64,000 nucleotides of DNA from Eledone cirrhosa (lineage: Eukaryota), in assembly GCA_964016885.1 (NCBI GenBank), contig OZ024742.1, positions 12,462,001 to 12,526,000 of the forward strand, read 5' to 3'. This document shows positions 1-13,249 of the stretch, piece after piece; within the stretch, counting starts at the first letter, position 1; each line of letters opens with the position of its first letter. The notes under the pieces are model-generated. The model was not told where the DNA came from, searched no databases, and was given only the letters and a program-made list of their open reading frames with translations. The position numbers and the translations under genes are program-made.

Positions 1-139
1 CTAAATATATAATGTAAAATAAATCTGGAAAATTGAAAATAGATTTTTTTTGTGGTTTTACTGCGGTTGAAAATCAAATAGCACGTTGAACATCATCAGA
101 CATAACTTATCCAAAACTATTATATCAATTCCGGTGCTG

Positions 140-402
140 CTATTTACATACACACACTAAAATATCACTTCCGTTTCTACCATCTATATATGCACACTAT
201 AATATCACTTCTGTTGCCACCATCTATATATACACACTAAAATATCACTTCCTGTACCACCATCTATATATATAAACCCTATGACATCACTTCCTGTGCT
301 ACCATATATGTATACACTATGACATCATTTCCTGTGCCACCATCTATATATATATATATATATATACACACACTATGACGTCACTTCCTGTGCTGCCATC
401 TT
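140..402. repeat. ~40-bp tandem repeat (CATCTATATATACACACTATRAYATCACTTCCTGTGCCAC-like), ~6 degenerate units
   Basis: CATCTATATA recurs at 181, 221, 261, 341. Confidence 0.8.
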
Positions 403-732
403 TATATTCAAATCAACTGCAGTCGGTTTGATGCATGTAATTTGTCGACAGAATATAGGTTCGGCTGTTTAAAATGCCAGAACTTAATAAAGTCTTTGAT
501 AAGTGAAGTATAAAAACTGGGTGCTACTCACAATATTTCATTTCTGTCTTCTATTTACATTTGCTAACGGCTTTTTCTAGAAAATCTTATAATTGGAAAA
601 GAACAGACCTATTTCGGATTTAAATTTTACAATTATATCTGGATGTTTGGCGACTTTTTTTATATGGATAGTTTTCTTAAGACTTCTCAATGTTAGATGA
701 AGCGAGGACAATAATATATAGAATAACCGACA

Positions 733-868
733 CTAGTACTTGACTGGTTCCTTTCTTATTGACCTTGGAATAATGAAAGGCGACGTTAATCTCGGTGGGA
801 GTAGAATTCAGAGAACAGAGAGAGCGTGAACAGCAAAGCATTCCACCCGACGTCTTAACCACTCTATT
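733..868 (-). mobile_element. Degenerate tRNA-derived SINE with Meta-type central domain
   Basis: Reverse complement reads ...GCCTTTCATTATTCCAAGGTCAATAAGAAAGGAACCAGTCAAGTACTAG, matching the other SINE copies in the window. Confidence 0.55.
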
Positions 869-941
869 AATTCGCCACCTACAAATATATTTAGTTAGTC
901 AATGGCAATTTCACGTCTAATTACACCTTACATAGGTAAAC

Positions 942-1465
942 ATTAGTAATATTATTGACTAAGTCAGTCAGCGTTGACATAAATAGACCATTTGTCATTG
1001 TTGACTAAGTCCTATTGACATAAACACACTATTTGTCATATCTCTATCAAGAATTAGTAATATTGTTGACTAAGTCAGTCAGCGTTGACATAAATACATC
1101 ATTTGTCATATATCTGTCAACGATTAGTAATATTGGTGACTAAGTCCTGTTGACATAAATACACCATTTGTCATATCTCTGTCAACGATTAGTAATATTG
1201 GTGACTAAGTCCTGTTGACATAAATACACCATTTGTCATATATCTGTCAACGATTAGTAATATTGGTGACTAAGTCCTGTTGACATAAATACACCATTTG
1301 TCATATCTCTGTCAACGATTAGTAATATTGGTGACTAAGTCCTGTTGACATAAATACACCATTTGTCATATCTCTGTCAACGATTAGTAATATTGGTGAC
1401 TAAGTCAATCAACGTTGACATAAATACATCATTTGTCGTATCTCTGTCAACGATTAGTAATATTC
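942..1465. repeat. 65-bp tandem repeat (~8 units) with internal inverted symmetry
   Basis: GATTAGTAATATTGGTGACTAAGTCCTGTTGACATAAATACACCATTTGTCATATCTCTGTCAAC recurs at 1122, 1187, 1252, 1317. Confidence 0.9.
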
Positions 1466-2706
1466 CCAGTTGTTATATGATGTTTGTCTGCAAGGATATT
1501 TTACCACGGTTATTCTTATTGGTTTCTCTGGTGCTTGTATCAACAATAGTATTCTTAATTAGATATTTGTAATTAAACACGACAATTTACGCGCAGTAAA
1601 TGTAATATAAGGAGATGAATTAATGAGAGTTGTAGATTCAATATTCAGGCCAATACACAGAAAAATGTATATAGATTAGTTAATAATTATTCTGGCGAAG
1701 AAAGCACTTTAAGCGGTAAGACCTCTCATTAAACGAGATATTTATAACGATGGATGTGTAAAACTGTTAAAATAATTTACATTGATAATATATTGGTACA
1801 TCTGTTAACCTATCAATTTTAATAATTGCTCGTATAACTATTTGTTTAATTAAGAATATATTGGAGGAAATATATTATGTTACGACCAAACTCTCTATAA
1901 ACACCTTATGTTTCTCTGTTTAAATTCCCATATTAATTGATACGGAAACTAATATAATAATCTGCAACATGCTACGAACCATAGACCATATTGGTTCGGT
2001 TACATGGATCAGCCTTATATACCAGATTCCCTTTTGTTCCGATGTTCTTTGACCATGTATTTATTCATTTTTGAAATTTGGTCTAATATCAACATGGTAT
2101 TTTTTTTAATTCGTTACTTTATTTTTTTTTTCTTAGTTTTAATTAACCATTTATAATTCAGTCCTAATTCTTTAATTCTGTGTCTGATTGACATTAAAAT
2201 CTATCAACTGGCCTTTTTTCGATATCTCCACAGCTATAATTCTCTTCCCATGCCAGGATAACATTCACTTCTTTTTTTTTTCATTTCTTTCTTTTATTTT
2301 ATCAACTTTTATCTAATGTTGTTAATTACAGTTCTTGCAATTTTTATGAAGACAGTTGAGTTCAATAATTGCTGGCTTCTACAACATATTTGACAGTGAC
2401 CAGTTCGTCATTGATACACCTCCAAACATTCGCTGATGCCTTCGTTTTAATAATAATTATTACCATCGCTAATACTTTTTAGTCTAATAAGCCGATTTAA
2501 GGCAACTTCTGTTTCTTTTTCGAATCGATTGATCGATCCATTACGCAAACCTTTTATTAAAGAAATAAATTATTAGAAAGTATGAAAATTCTCATCAATT
2601 TACCAGCGAGCATAGCATTACATTCTTAATTTCTTCTACATGCATACGTATATATTTGGGTGTTGTGTATATGTGTGTTTCACACTCACACACACGGTCA
2701 AAAATT

Positions 2707-2746
<40 letters not shown>

Positions 2747-2774
2747 CTTTTGTTGAGCGTGTGTGTGAGTGTTA

Positions 2775-2825
<51 letters not shown>

Positions 2826-2893
2826 GTTTCAATACATCATATAAGCTACACACACACACACTTACATATATATATATAAATACACACACACAC

Positions 2894-2968
<75 letters not shown>

Positions 2969-3272
2969 CGTGTGTGTGTGTATTTATATATATATGTAAG
3001 TGTGTGTGTGTGTAGCTTATAAGATGTATTGAGTGCTTTTCTCTCTTGTTCGTTATCAACAACATATGCATATATAAGAATATGTATATGTTTACATGTG
3101 TGTATATATGTGTACATGTATGTACATGTATGTATCTGAATGTCATAATTACGTCATTACATATACACGTGTGTGTGAATTTATATTCACATGCATACAT
3201 GAATATATACATACACATATACTATATTGCGATATATGCGTGTTTCGGTTTTGTTAATTTACTATATGTAGT

Positions 3273-6200
3273 GTGATTGGGATGTTACATTGCGTGCTGT
3301 GAGATTGTGAGATTGTGATGTTAGACTGCATGTTGTGAGATTGTGATGTTAAACATATATTGTGAGATTGTGATGTTACATTGCGTGTTGTGAGATTGTG
3401 ATGTTACACTGTGTGTTGTGAGATTGTGATGTTAAACTATATATTGTGAGATTGTGATGTTACATTGTGTGTTGTGAGATTGTGATGTTACATTGTATGT
3501 TGTGAGATTGTGATGTTGCACTGTATGTTGTGAGATTGTGATGTTGCATTGTATGTTGTGAGATTGTGATGTTACACTATATGTTATGAGATTGTGATGT
3601 TACACTGTATGTTGTGAGATTGTGATGTTAAACTATATGTTGTGAGATTGTGATGTTACACTGTATGTTGTGAGATTGTGATGTTAAACTATATGTTGTG
3701 AGATTGTGATGTTACACTGTATGTTGTTAGATTGTGATGTTAATCTATATGTTGTGAGATTGTGATATTACGTTGCGTCTTGTGAGATTGTGATGTTACA
3801 CTGTGTGTTGTGAGATTGTAATGATAAACTGTGTGCTGTGAGATTGTGGTATTACATTGTGTTGTGAGATTGTGATGTTACATTGTATGTTGTGAGATTG
3901 TCATGTTAAACTGTATGTTGTGAGATTATGGTGTTACATTGTCTGTTGTGAGATTGTGATGTTACACTATATGTTGTGAGATTGTGATGTTACGTTGCGT
4001 GTTGTGAGATTGTGATGTTACACTGTGTGTTCTGAGATTGTGATGTTACATTGTGTGTTGTGAGATTGTGATGTTACATTGTGTGTTGTGAGATTGTGAT
4101 GTTACATTGTATGTTGTGAGATTGTGATGTTAAACTGTATGTTGTGAGATCGTGGTGGTACATTGTGTGTTGTGAGATTGTGATGTTACATTGTATGTTG
4201 TGAGATTGTGATGTTACATTGTATGTTGTGAGATTGTAATGTTACATTATATGTTGTGAGATTGTGATGTTAAACTATATGTTGTGAGATTGTGATGTTA
4301 AACTGTGTGCTGTGAGATTGTGATGTTACACTGTATGCTGTGAGATTGGGATATTACATTGTATGTTGTGAGATTGTGATGTTACATTGTGTGTGGTGAG
4401 ACTGGGATGTTACACTGTATATTGTGAGATTGGGATGTTACACTGTATATTGTGAGATTGGGATGTTACATTGTATGTTGTGAGATTGTGATGTTAAACT
4501 ATATGTTTGAGATTGTGAGGTTACACTATATGTTGTGAGATTGTGATGTTAAACTGTATGTTGTGAGATTTGGATGTTAAAATGTGTGTTGTGAGATTGT
4601 GATGTTAAACTGTGTGTTGTGAGATTGTGATGTTAAACTATATGTTGTGAGATTGTGATGATAGACTATGTGTTGTGAGATTGTGATGTTAAACTATATG
4701 TTGTGGGATTGTGATGCTAAACTGTGTGTTGTGAGATTGTGATGTTAAATTGTGTGTTGTGAGATTGTGATGTTACACTTTGTGTTGTGAGATTGTGATG
4801 ATACACGATACTATATGTTGTGAGATTGTGATGTTAAACTATATGTTGTGAGATTGTGATGTAATACTGTATGTCGTAAGATTGGATGTTAAAATATATG
4901 TTGTGAGATCGGGATGATAAACTATATGTTGTGAGATTGGATGTTAAACTGTGTGTTGTGAGATCATGATGTTAAACTCTGTGTTGTAAGATTGGGATGT
5001 TAAACGGTGTGTTGTGAGATTAGGATGTTACACTATATGTTGTGAGATTGTGATGTTAATCTATATGTCGTGAGATTGTGATGTTACATTGTATGTTGTG
5101 AGATTGGGATGTTACACTGTGTGTTGTGAGATTGTGATGTTACACTATATGTTGTGAGATTGTGATGTTACACTATATGTTGTGAGATTGTGATGTTACA
5201 CTATATGTTGTGAGATTGTGATGTTACATTATATGTTGTAAGATTGTGATGTTACATTGTATGTTGTGAGATCGTGATGTTACATTGTGTGTTGTGAGAT
5301 TGTGATGTTACATTATATGTTGTGAGATTGTGATTTTACTCTATATGTTGTGAGATTGTGATGTTAAACTGTGTGTTTTGAGATTGTGATGTTACACTGT
5401 ATGCTGTGAGATTGGGATGTTACATTGTATGTTGTGAGATTGTGATGTTACATTGTGTGTGGTGAGACTGGAATGTTACACTGTATATTGTGAGATTGGG
5501 ATGTTACACTGTATATTCTGAGATTGGGATGTTACATTGTATTTTGTGAGATTGTGATGTTAAACTATATGTTGTGAGATTGTGATGTTACACTGTATGT
5601 TGTGAGATTGTGATGTTAAACTGTATGTTGTGAGATTTGGATGTTAAAATGTGTGTTGTGAGATTGTGATGTTAAACTGTGTATTGTGAGATTGTGATGT
5701 TAAACTATATGTTGTGAGATTGTGATGATAGACTATGTGTTGTGAGATTGTGATGTTAAATTATATGTTGTGAGATTGTGATACTAAACTGTGTGTTGTG
5801 AGATTGTGATGTTAAATTGTGTGTTGTGAGATTGTGATGTTACACTTTGTGTTGTGAGATTGTGATGATACACGATACTATATGTTGTGAGATTGTGATG
5901 TTAAACTATATGTTGTGAGATTGTGATGTTACACTATATGTTGTGAGATTGTGATGTAAGACTGCATGTTGTAAGATTTGGATGTTAAAATATATGTTGT
6001 GAGATCGGGATGATAAACTATATGTTGTGAGATTTGATGTTAAACTGTGTGTTGTGAGATTGTGATGTTAAACTGTATGTTGTGAGATTGTGATGTTAAA
6101 ATATTTGTTGTGAGATCGGGATGATGAATTATATGTTGTGAGATTGGATGTTAAACTGTGTGTTGTGAGATCAGGATGTTAAACTCTGTGTTGTGAGATT

Positions 6201-6960
6201 GGGATGTTAAACGGTGTGTTGTGAGATTAGGATGTTACACTATAAGTCGTGAGATTGTGACGTTAATCTATATGTTGTGAGATTGTGATGTTACATTGTA
6301 TGTTGTGAGATTGGGATGTTACACTGTGTGTTGTGAGATTGTGATGTTACACTATATGTTGTGAGATTGTGATGTTACACTATATGTTGTGAGATTGTGA
6401 TGTTACACTATATGTTGTGAGATTGTGATGTTACATTATATGTTGTAAGATTGTGATGTTACATTGTATGTTGTGAGATTGTGATGTTACATTGTGTGCT
6501 GTGAGATTGTGATGTTACATTATATGTTGTGAGATTGTGATTTTACTCTATATGTTGTGAGATCGAGATGATAAACTGTGTTTGTGAGATTGTGATGTTA
6601 CACTGTCTGTTGTGAGATTGGGCTGTTACATTGTGTGTTGTGAGATTGTGATGTTATATTGTATATTGTGAGATTGGGATGTTCCACTGTATGTTGTGAG
6701 ATTGTGATGTTACACTATATGTTGTGCGATTGTGATGTTACACTGTATGCTGTGAGATTGTGATGTTACACTATATATTGTGAGATTGTGATGTTACACT
6801 ATATGTTGTGAGATTGTGATGTTACACTGTGAGTTTTGAGATTGTGATGTTACATTGTGTGTGGTGAGACTGGGATGTTACACTGTGTGTTGTGAGATTG
6901 TGATGTTACATTGAATGTTACGAGATTGTGATGTTACACTGTGAGTTGTGAGATTGTGAT
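3273..6960. repeat. 28-bp minisatellite array (TGTGAGATTGTGATGTTACACTGTATGT), ~3.7 kb
   Basis: Continuous tandem units with point variants and a higher-order duplication. Confidence 0.95.
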
Positions 6961-7086
6961 GAGCTACTGAAACATGGCAATGATTCATACATTGTGTGGG
7001 TGTGTGTGTGTATGCGTGTTTATATATATGTATATATATATACACATATATACTTATATACATATATACATATATATACACACGTA

Positions 7087-7197
<111 letters not shown>

Positions 7198-7270
7198 GGT
7201 GTTGGATGCTTAAAGCGTCCGTATGCGGTAGGCCGTATGAGTACTCGATGTTCCCATAGAGCAGAGTCTG

Positions 7271-7609
<339 letters not shown>

Positions 7610-7759
7610 GATATTAAATAAATGGAAACTATATTTATTTAATATCGTAAATATACTCCAAATACTTGTCGAGTGCTTTTATATCAGTTATTAATATTTA
7701 CTAGTTGTAACCCAACAATTTAAATATAACTTTCCATATATATATATATATATATATCT

Positions 7760-7887
<128 letters not shown>

Positions 7888-8330
7888 GTATATATATGTG
7901 TCTGTGTCTGTGTGTGTATGCGTGTGTATGAAATTGATAAAAGAATATATATACGGAGTTGATATGTTTATATGTATTTATAAATCAATGCAAATGGTCT
8001 CTCTTTTATGATTTTCACACAAATCGATGAATCAGAATTTGTTAACTGATTTAGGTAGCTATACACGTTTAAATGTGATATAAATATTGTCATATAAATG
8101 TTTGTATATGAATATATAAAGGTCTCTGAACACATATACAGGAGGGCCGGCTGTAAGAGAGTATATGTGAGCATCTGTATTATATATAGAAATGAACTTT
8201 GCCTGACTAGAACTTTTATTTGTATGATTGAACGTCTGAAAGTATATACTTTCCTTATGCATATTAACGGCTGAGAAGCCTAATTTGCATATCGAGTGAG
8301 TTAATCGGCCGGGGTACCGAAAACGAGAAA

Positions 8331-8574
8331 CGGAAAAAATGAAACGAATTTCATTTCTCACTCTTAGTACGGCTATTACTTAAATATAAGTATGTATACG
8401 TACGTACATATATGTATACAGACGTACAGTAGTACGTATATATATATATACATACATGCACACATATATATATATGTACGTATGGATTCACCGAACATTT
8501 ATTATAATGCTCGGTGTGTTTGTAAGTAACAGCCGTACTAAGAGTGAGAAATAAAATTTCGTTTAATTTTTCCG
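8331..8574. repeat. Foldback with ~52-bp inverted arms
   Basis: 8331-8382 (…TTTCTCACTCTTAGTACGGCTATTACTTA) vs 8523-8574 (TAAGTAACAGCCGTACTAAGAGTGAGAAA…). Confidence 0.75.
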
Positions 8575-8653
<79 letters not shown>

Positions 8654-8662
8654 TTCATATCA

Positions 8663-9242
8663 GGTCACCAGTTGGTGCTACTGGTAACATGTATCCCAGT
8701 ACAACCTGTCTCATGGTCGAGTCGTTGGCGACTAAACTGGCAACCCCACCAAGGTTTCTTGGTGAGGAGGGTGACTTTTTGACATCCTGCAGGACTAAAA
8801 ACAAAATCTGTCAAAGGGAAAAGGAGCTCTTAAGAATCAATGGCCTTCCAAAATCACCTGGCGAGATGACCCCTTAACCTTTGTCAAGGCAAAATTCTAG
8901 GAGAAGGAAAACTCTGATATAACACCTGCAACCGTGATGGTATCCAATGATGTTGACTTGTTCGTCTTTTTGGTAAATATCATCTTGGTTAAGAGAGTGA
9001 GACTGGCTTAGTGCAGTGCCTTTGCTCACTATAAAAGCTTCACGGCACAGGCATTGCTTTATATCTGGAGACCATGGGCCCAGCACTATGTGTCAATAAT
9101 TGTCACAAGTGTAGTGTTTGTACCAGAGTTTTCAAGTCGCTGACTGGACTAAAAAGTCACACTCGTTCAGCGCATCGGTAGGAGTTCTCCTACATAGATA
9201 TAAAGTAGTGGCCGTACTCGAAAACGAGTTGGCAGCCAGCAT
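8663..9242 (+). mobile_element. ~580-bp non-coding dispersed element, copy 1, with candidate HDV-like ribozyme at its 5' end
   Basis: Colinear with 28511-29000 (GGCAACCCCACCAAG, CTGCAGGAC, ACCCYTAACCTTTGTCA, GAGAGTG.GACTGGCT.AGTGCAGT, GCACAGGCATTGC, TGGCC.TACTCGA.AACGAG); flanked by (TA)n. Confidence 0.75.
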
Positions 9243-9274
9243 TTATATATATATTTATATATAGGAAAATGTAT

Positions 9275-9600
9275 GACCCCGACGGCAGAGCTCAATCTAT
9301 TTCGATGGCTATTTCTGGACTCAAATAGTCTACTCTACTACCCTAAGTATTGAGTACTCTGGTGCGTTATTGTCCATCTGGTTCCTTACCACAACTCCTT
9401 CGTTATATATATATATATATATATAACGAAGGAAATGTGGTAAGGAACCAGGTGGACCATAACGCACCAAAGTACTCAATACTTGAGGTAGTAGAGTGGG
9501 TAATAGGAACTAGTGAGAATTAGCCATCGAAACGTCGGAACTAATGAGAATTAGCCGTCGAAACGGCTTGAGCTCAGCTGTCGGGGTCTTACTGGTTCCT
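9275..9600. mobile_element. Rearranged/inverted fragments of the hammerhead-bearing PLE pseudo-LTR family found at 54357-56625
   Basis: GAATTAGCCGTCGAAACGGCTTGAGCTCAGCTGTCGGGGTC and GTGGTAAGGAACCAGGTGGACCATAACGCACCAAAGTACTCAATAC match 56490-56625 in both orientations. Confidence 0.8.
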
Positions 9601-9760
9601 ATATATATATATATATATATGAAAAGTGTAATTTTCTACACAAAACGAAGGTTATAGAGAAAATTGAGGTTGGTAATGGCACATGGAATATATAAGAGAC
9701 AGAATACTTTTTTGTGAAAAAACATAATTTTATAAGGTAAGGAAATAATAAAGGGTATAA

Positions 9761-9808
9761 AAAATGACCGGTTTCGATGGGTCTGCAAAAGCCATCTTTT
9801 CAAATGTT
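9761..9808 (-). ncRNA. Minimal type I hammerhead ribozyme (U3:A8 core variant) in the PLE 3' pseudo-LTR
   Basis: Minus strand: AACAU-UUGAAAA-GAUGG(…)CCAUC-GAAA-CCGG-UC-AUUUU; palindromic stem III ACCGGU; GUC cleavage triplet. Confidence 0.7.
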
Positions 9809-10170
9809 GATTAATATTAAGAAAAATTAATAATACGAAGAGTTAAAATTTGAGATTTGAAAATTCAAGTATAAAATTCATTGTGGGATTTCATAGCAGT
9901 TTTCATCTAGGTAGCAACAACAGATTGACTGCTGTGTCCCTTTCTGGTGGTGAATGAGAAGTTATTTGGGGTGTGGGTTATTTTATAAAGGTCAGATTTA
10001 GCAATCACCAACTGGCCAGCTGCTGGTCAGTGAGGGGGTGGAAGCAATATACATACACATATCTTCCTGTGGTGGGTAGGAGAATGGAGCGTGATAGAAA
10101 GGGATTTAGTGCACTTAAACCTATATATACACACATACCTTCATCCACACATACATACATATACATATAC

Positions 10171-10209
<39 letters not shown>

Positions 10210-10274
10210 CACACATACATACACACACACATACATATACATACACACATACACACACACACATATATACACAT

Positions 10275-10325
<51 letters not shown>

Positions 10326-10356
10326 TATATATACATACACATACATCCAGATACAC

Positions 10357-10399
<43 letters not shown>

Positions 10400-10402
10400 C
10401 AC

Positions 10403-10440
<38 letters not shown>

Positions 10441-10972
10441 CCACACATACATACACACACACACACACATATATATATATACATACACACATACAAACAT
10501 ACACACACACACACATATATATACACACATACACACACATATATATACACACACACACACACACGCACACACAATACATACATCCACATGCACACACATA
10601 CACACACACACATATACACATACATACACCCACACACAGAGAAATGGCCTCCAAATATATATATATATATATACATACAGACACATATATTTTTTCCATA
10701 ATATAAGAAGTTGGGACAGTGAAATTAAAATACAAGTCATTCTGATCACATTGAGTTCTTCATGTAGATTGGGCCCCGCAACCGACAGTGGTGAATTCTG
10801 TGTGCGCATATATATATAGATATATGTGTGTGCACGTGCAGGGTTTAACATGGATGTGTTGGTCACACAAAGGCATGGTCTGTCAATGAATAAACCTGAT
10901 TCTACAGAATTGGTCTCTGGTCTTTAATAGTAGTGATTCCGTGCGTATGTGTGTTTATATTTTATGACAATT

Positions 10973-13249
10973 CTATTGGGGTGATAACCCGTTTAGTTTT
11001 GGTTTAAATTTGTTAAGGAATAGATTTTCTTTGTTTATTCTTTGTTGCTGTGTGAACGAATCTGAGCACTTGTAGAAGGGGAAGATTTTAAAGTTGGGTA
11101 GTGTCATTCCTGCGCACTTCGCAATATGGCTGCTCAAGGGGATTTTTCTTGTGTTAGCGTCCCGGATTTGTTGGCGGTGGATGGTCATTCTTTTGCGTAA
11201 TGAGGTGCCCGTCTGTCCTATGTAGTTGTGTTTGCACCCACCGCAAGTTATTGCGTAAATCAAGTTCTCCGAGTTGCAGGTGAAATTGTTTTTTACTGTA
11301 AATGTTTGGCCATCTTTGAATGTAAATGTTTGTCCTTCAGTGAGGTAGAGGCACGTTCCACACTTTGTTCTACCACATTTGGTAACTGTAGGGTTGAGGA
11401 TTGGTTTGGGTATATTTGGTCCAGTGAGAATGCGTTTAAGTGATTTGGGTTGTCTTTTACTTTTAAGGATCTTGTGTGTTTCAAGAATAGAGTTCATTTT
11501 TACATCTTTAAGTAGGATGGGGAGGTTTTTGTGTAGGTGATCAAACATTTCGGTATTTCTGGGGTTGAAAGTGGATACATATGGCAGGGTGTTGAGTGTG
11601 GTTTTCTGTTTTGGATTGTTAAGTTGATGGGGATTTAGGTGTTTTGCCCTGTCTATTCCATTGTTGATTATTTCAAGTGGAAAGGCTCTTAAGATAAGGG
11701 TGTCTTTTAGTTCCTTTAGTCTTTGCTCCCGTTTAGGTGGATCTGATACTATGGTACATATACGTTTGGCCAAATTGTAAGGAATGTTAAGTTTTGTATG
11801 TTTTGGGTGACTTGATGTGAAAAAGAGGTATTGCTTGGAATCTGTGGGTTTATAGAATATATCTGTATCTAATTTCCCGTCTATTACAGAGATGAGAATA
11901 TCCAAGAAGGCTAATTCCTTAGGATTGGATTCCATTGTGAATTGTATGTTATTATCTATGTTGTTTATCATGTTTTTAAACGTAGTAAGTGAGTTCATGT
12001 CTTCTTGCCATAGGATAAAGCAGTCGTCTAGATATCTTTTCCAATTGGCTTTGAGGTGTGTGTGGAAAGAGTCTCCAAATAAGAGAAGGGACTGACTGTA
12101 TATTTGTTGTTCATGGAATCCCATGACTAGGTTGGCATATGTGGGTGCTACTTTCGTGCCCATTGCCGTACCTGATACTTGTCTGTATGTTGAACCATTG
12201 AATGTGAAGTAGTTATTTTGTAGGATAAAGCGGAGTCCGTCAGTGATAAAATCTGTGTTGATGCGTGTCGGTATTTCTGATGGGTGTGTGTTAAGCCAGT
12301 ATTGGACTGCTGTTATTCCATAGTTGTGGGGTATGTTTGTGTAGAGGTTTATTACGTCAAAGGAGACAAGAATTGTATTTGCACTTACTGTTTTAGGGAG
12401 GTGTTTCAGCATGTCAAGGTCATCTCGTATGTAGCTCTGTATATGTTGTAGAAAGGGTTTCAGTAGGATGTCCAGAAAGTTGCTAAGTCTGTGGGTTTCA
12501 CATGCAGGGCCTGCTATAATTGGCCTGAGTTTTAGGTCTTCTGGTGGTGTTAGTTCAATGTAATTGTTGGTTGAGGTGTCACATGCATCGTTTATGGGTT
12601 TACATTTGTGGAGTTTCGGTAAGCCGTAAAAAGAGCTTGTATTGCATTTGAAGTGGCTTATATAGTTAAACTCTTTTGTGGTTAAGCTGTTGCGGTATTT
12701 ATTCAGTAAGGTCAAAAGGTTCCCCATTGTTTTGGTGTGTTTGTAGTTTTCTGTTTTTTCATAGTATGTGTTGTTTTCTAAAATGTTATGTGCGAGGGTC
12801 CTATAGTAGTCCGTATTCATAATGACAACAGTACTGCCTTTATCGGCTTCTTTGATAGTTATCTCAGGGTTGTTTCTAAGTGTGAATAATTCTTCCCATT
12901 CGTGTGTAGATAGGTTTGATTTCGTGTGTTTATTTGTAATTTTTTCATAGGGAAAGTTGGTGATGTGTTCGCAGTACGTGTCCAGTGCTTTATTTCTTCC
13001 CTTTTGTGGGCAGAAATTGCTTTTATTTCTAACCAGTGATTCGTCTTCAGTGTTGGTGTCGTTGTGGAAGAATTCCGTTAGTCGCAGCTTTCGGCAGTAT
13101 TCCATGATGTCATCCTTCATTTCGGGGAAGTTTGGTTTACGTGGTGTAGGTGTACATTTCAGGTCCTTACTTAAAATGTTGATTTGTGTGTTGGTTAGAG
13201 GTGTCTTCGAGAGGTTGATTATTTTTGGTTTCTCCTGAGGGGGGGCCAT
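10973..13249 (-). CDS. PLE reverse transcriptase + GIY-YIG endonuclease (758 aa from first Met; frame open at least to 13285)
   Basis: IINLS, ADKG, YGLPKLHK, RPII, SFDVINLYTNIP, GTAMGTKVAPTYANL, RYLDD, HPKH thumb, CxxxxCxxC linker, LIYAITCGGCKHNYIGQTG GIY-YIG. Confidence 0.95.
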   Translation of the reverse strand: MAPPQEKPKIINLSKTPLTNTQINILSKDLKCTPTPRKPNFPEMKDDIMEYCRKLRLTEFFHNDTNTEDESLVRNKSNFCPQKGRNKALDTYCEHITNFPYEKITNKHTKSNLSTHEWEELFTLRNNPEITIKEADKGSTVVIMNTDYYRTLAHNILENNTYYEKTENYKHTKTMGNLLTLLNKYRNSLTTKEFNYISHFKCNTSSFYGLPKLHKCKPINDACDTSTNNYIELTPPEDLKLRPIIAGPACETHRLSNFLDILLKPFLQHIQSYIRDDLDMLKHLPKTVSANTILVSFDVINLYTNIPHNYGITAVQYWLNTHPSEIPTRINTDFITDGLRFILQNNYFTFNGSTYRQVSGTAMGTKVAPTYANLVMGFHEQQIYSQSLLLFGDSFHTHLKANWKRYLDDCFILWQEDMNSLTTFKNMINNIDNNIQFTMESNPKELAFLDILISVIDGKLDTDIFYKPTDSKQYLFFTSSHPKHTKLNIPYNLAKRICTIVSDPPKREQRLKELKDTLILRAFPLEIINNGIDRAKHLNPHQLNNPKQKTTLNTLPYVSTFNPRNTEMFDHLHKNLPILLKDVKMNSILETHKILKSKRQPKSLKRILTGPNIPKPILNPTVTKCGRTKCGTCLYLTEGQTFTFKDGQTFTVKNNFTCNSENLIYAITCGGCKHNYIGQTGTSLRKRMTIHRQQIRDANTRKIPLSSHIAKCAGMTLPNFKIFPFYKCSDSFTQQQRINKENLFLNKFKPKLNGLSPQ

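Noticed and set aside
2698-3276. ORFs of YIYI/HTHT/CVCV type here and at 6.9-7.7, 10.0-10.9, 24.5-27.2, 31-33.5, 48-49.9, 52.2 and 57.3 kb
   Set aside because: Translations of (TA)n, (CA)n and (CATA)n microsatellites; no coding signal
3273-6960. CRISPR-like periodicity in the 28-bp, 29-bp and 65-bp arrays
   Set aside because: Head-to-tail tandem units without unique spacers, eukaryotic context, no cas genes
8268-8335. CTGAGAA…GGTACCGAAAACG near the 8331-8574 foldback
   Set aside because: Stems I-III could not be assembled consistently
10740-10972. Possible SECIS / selenoprotein-type PLE
   Set aside because: The RT-EN ORF has no in-frame TGA, so there is nothing to recode
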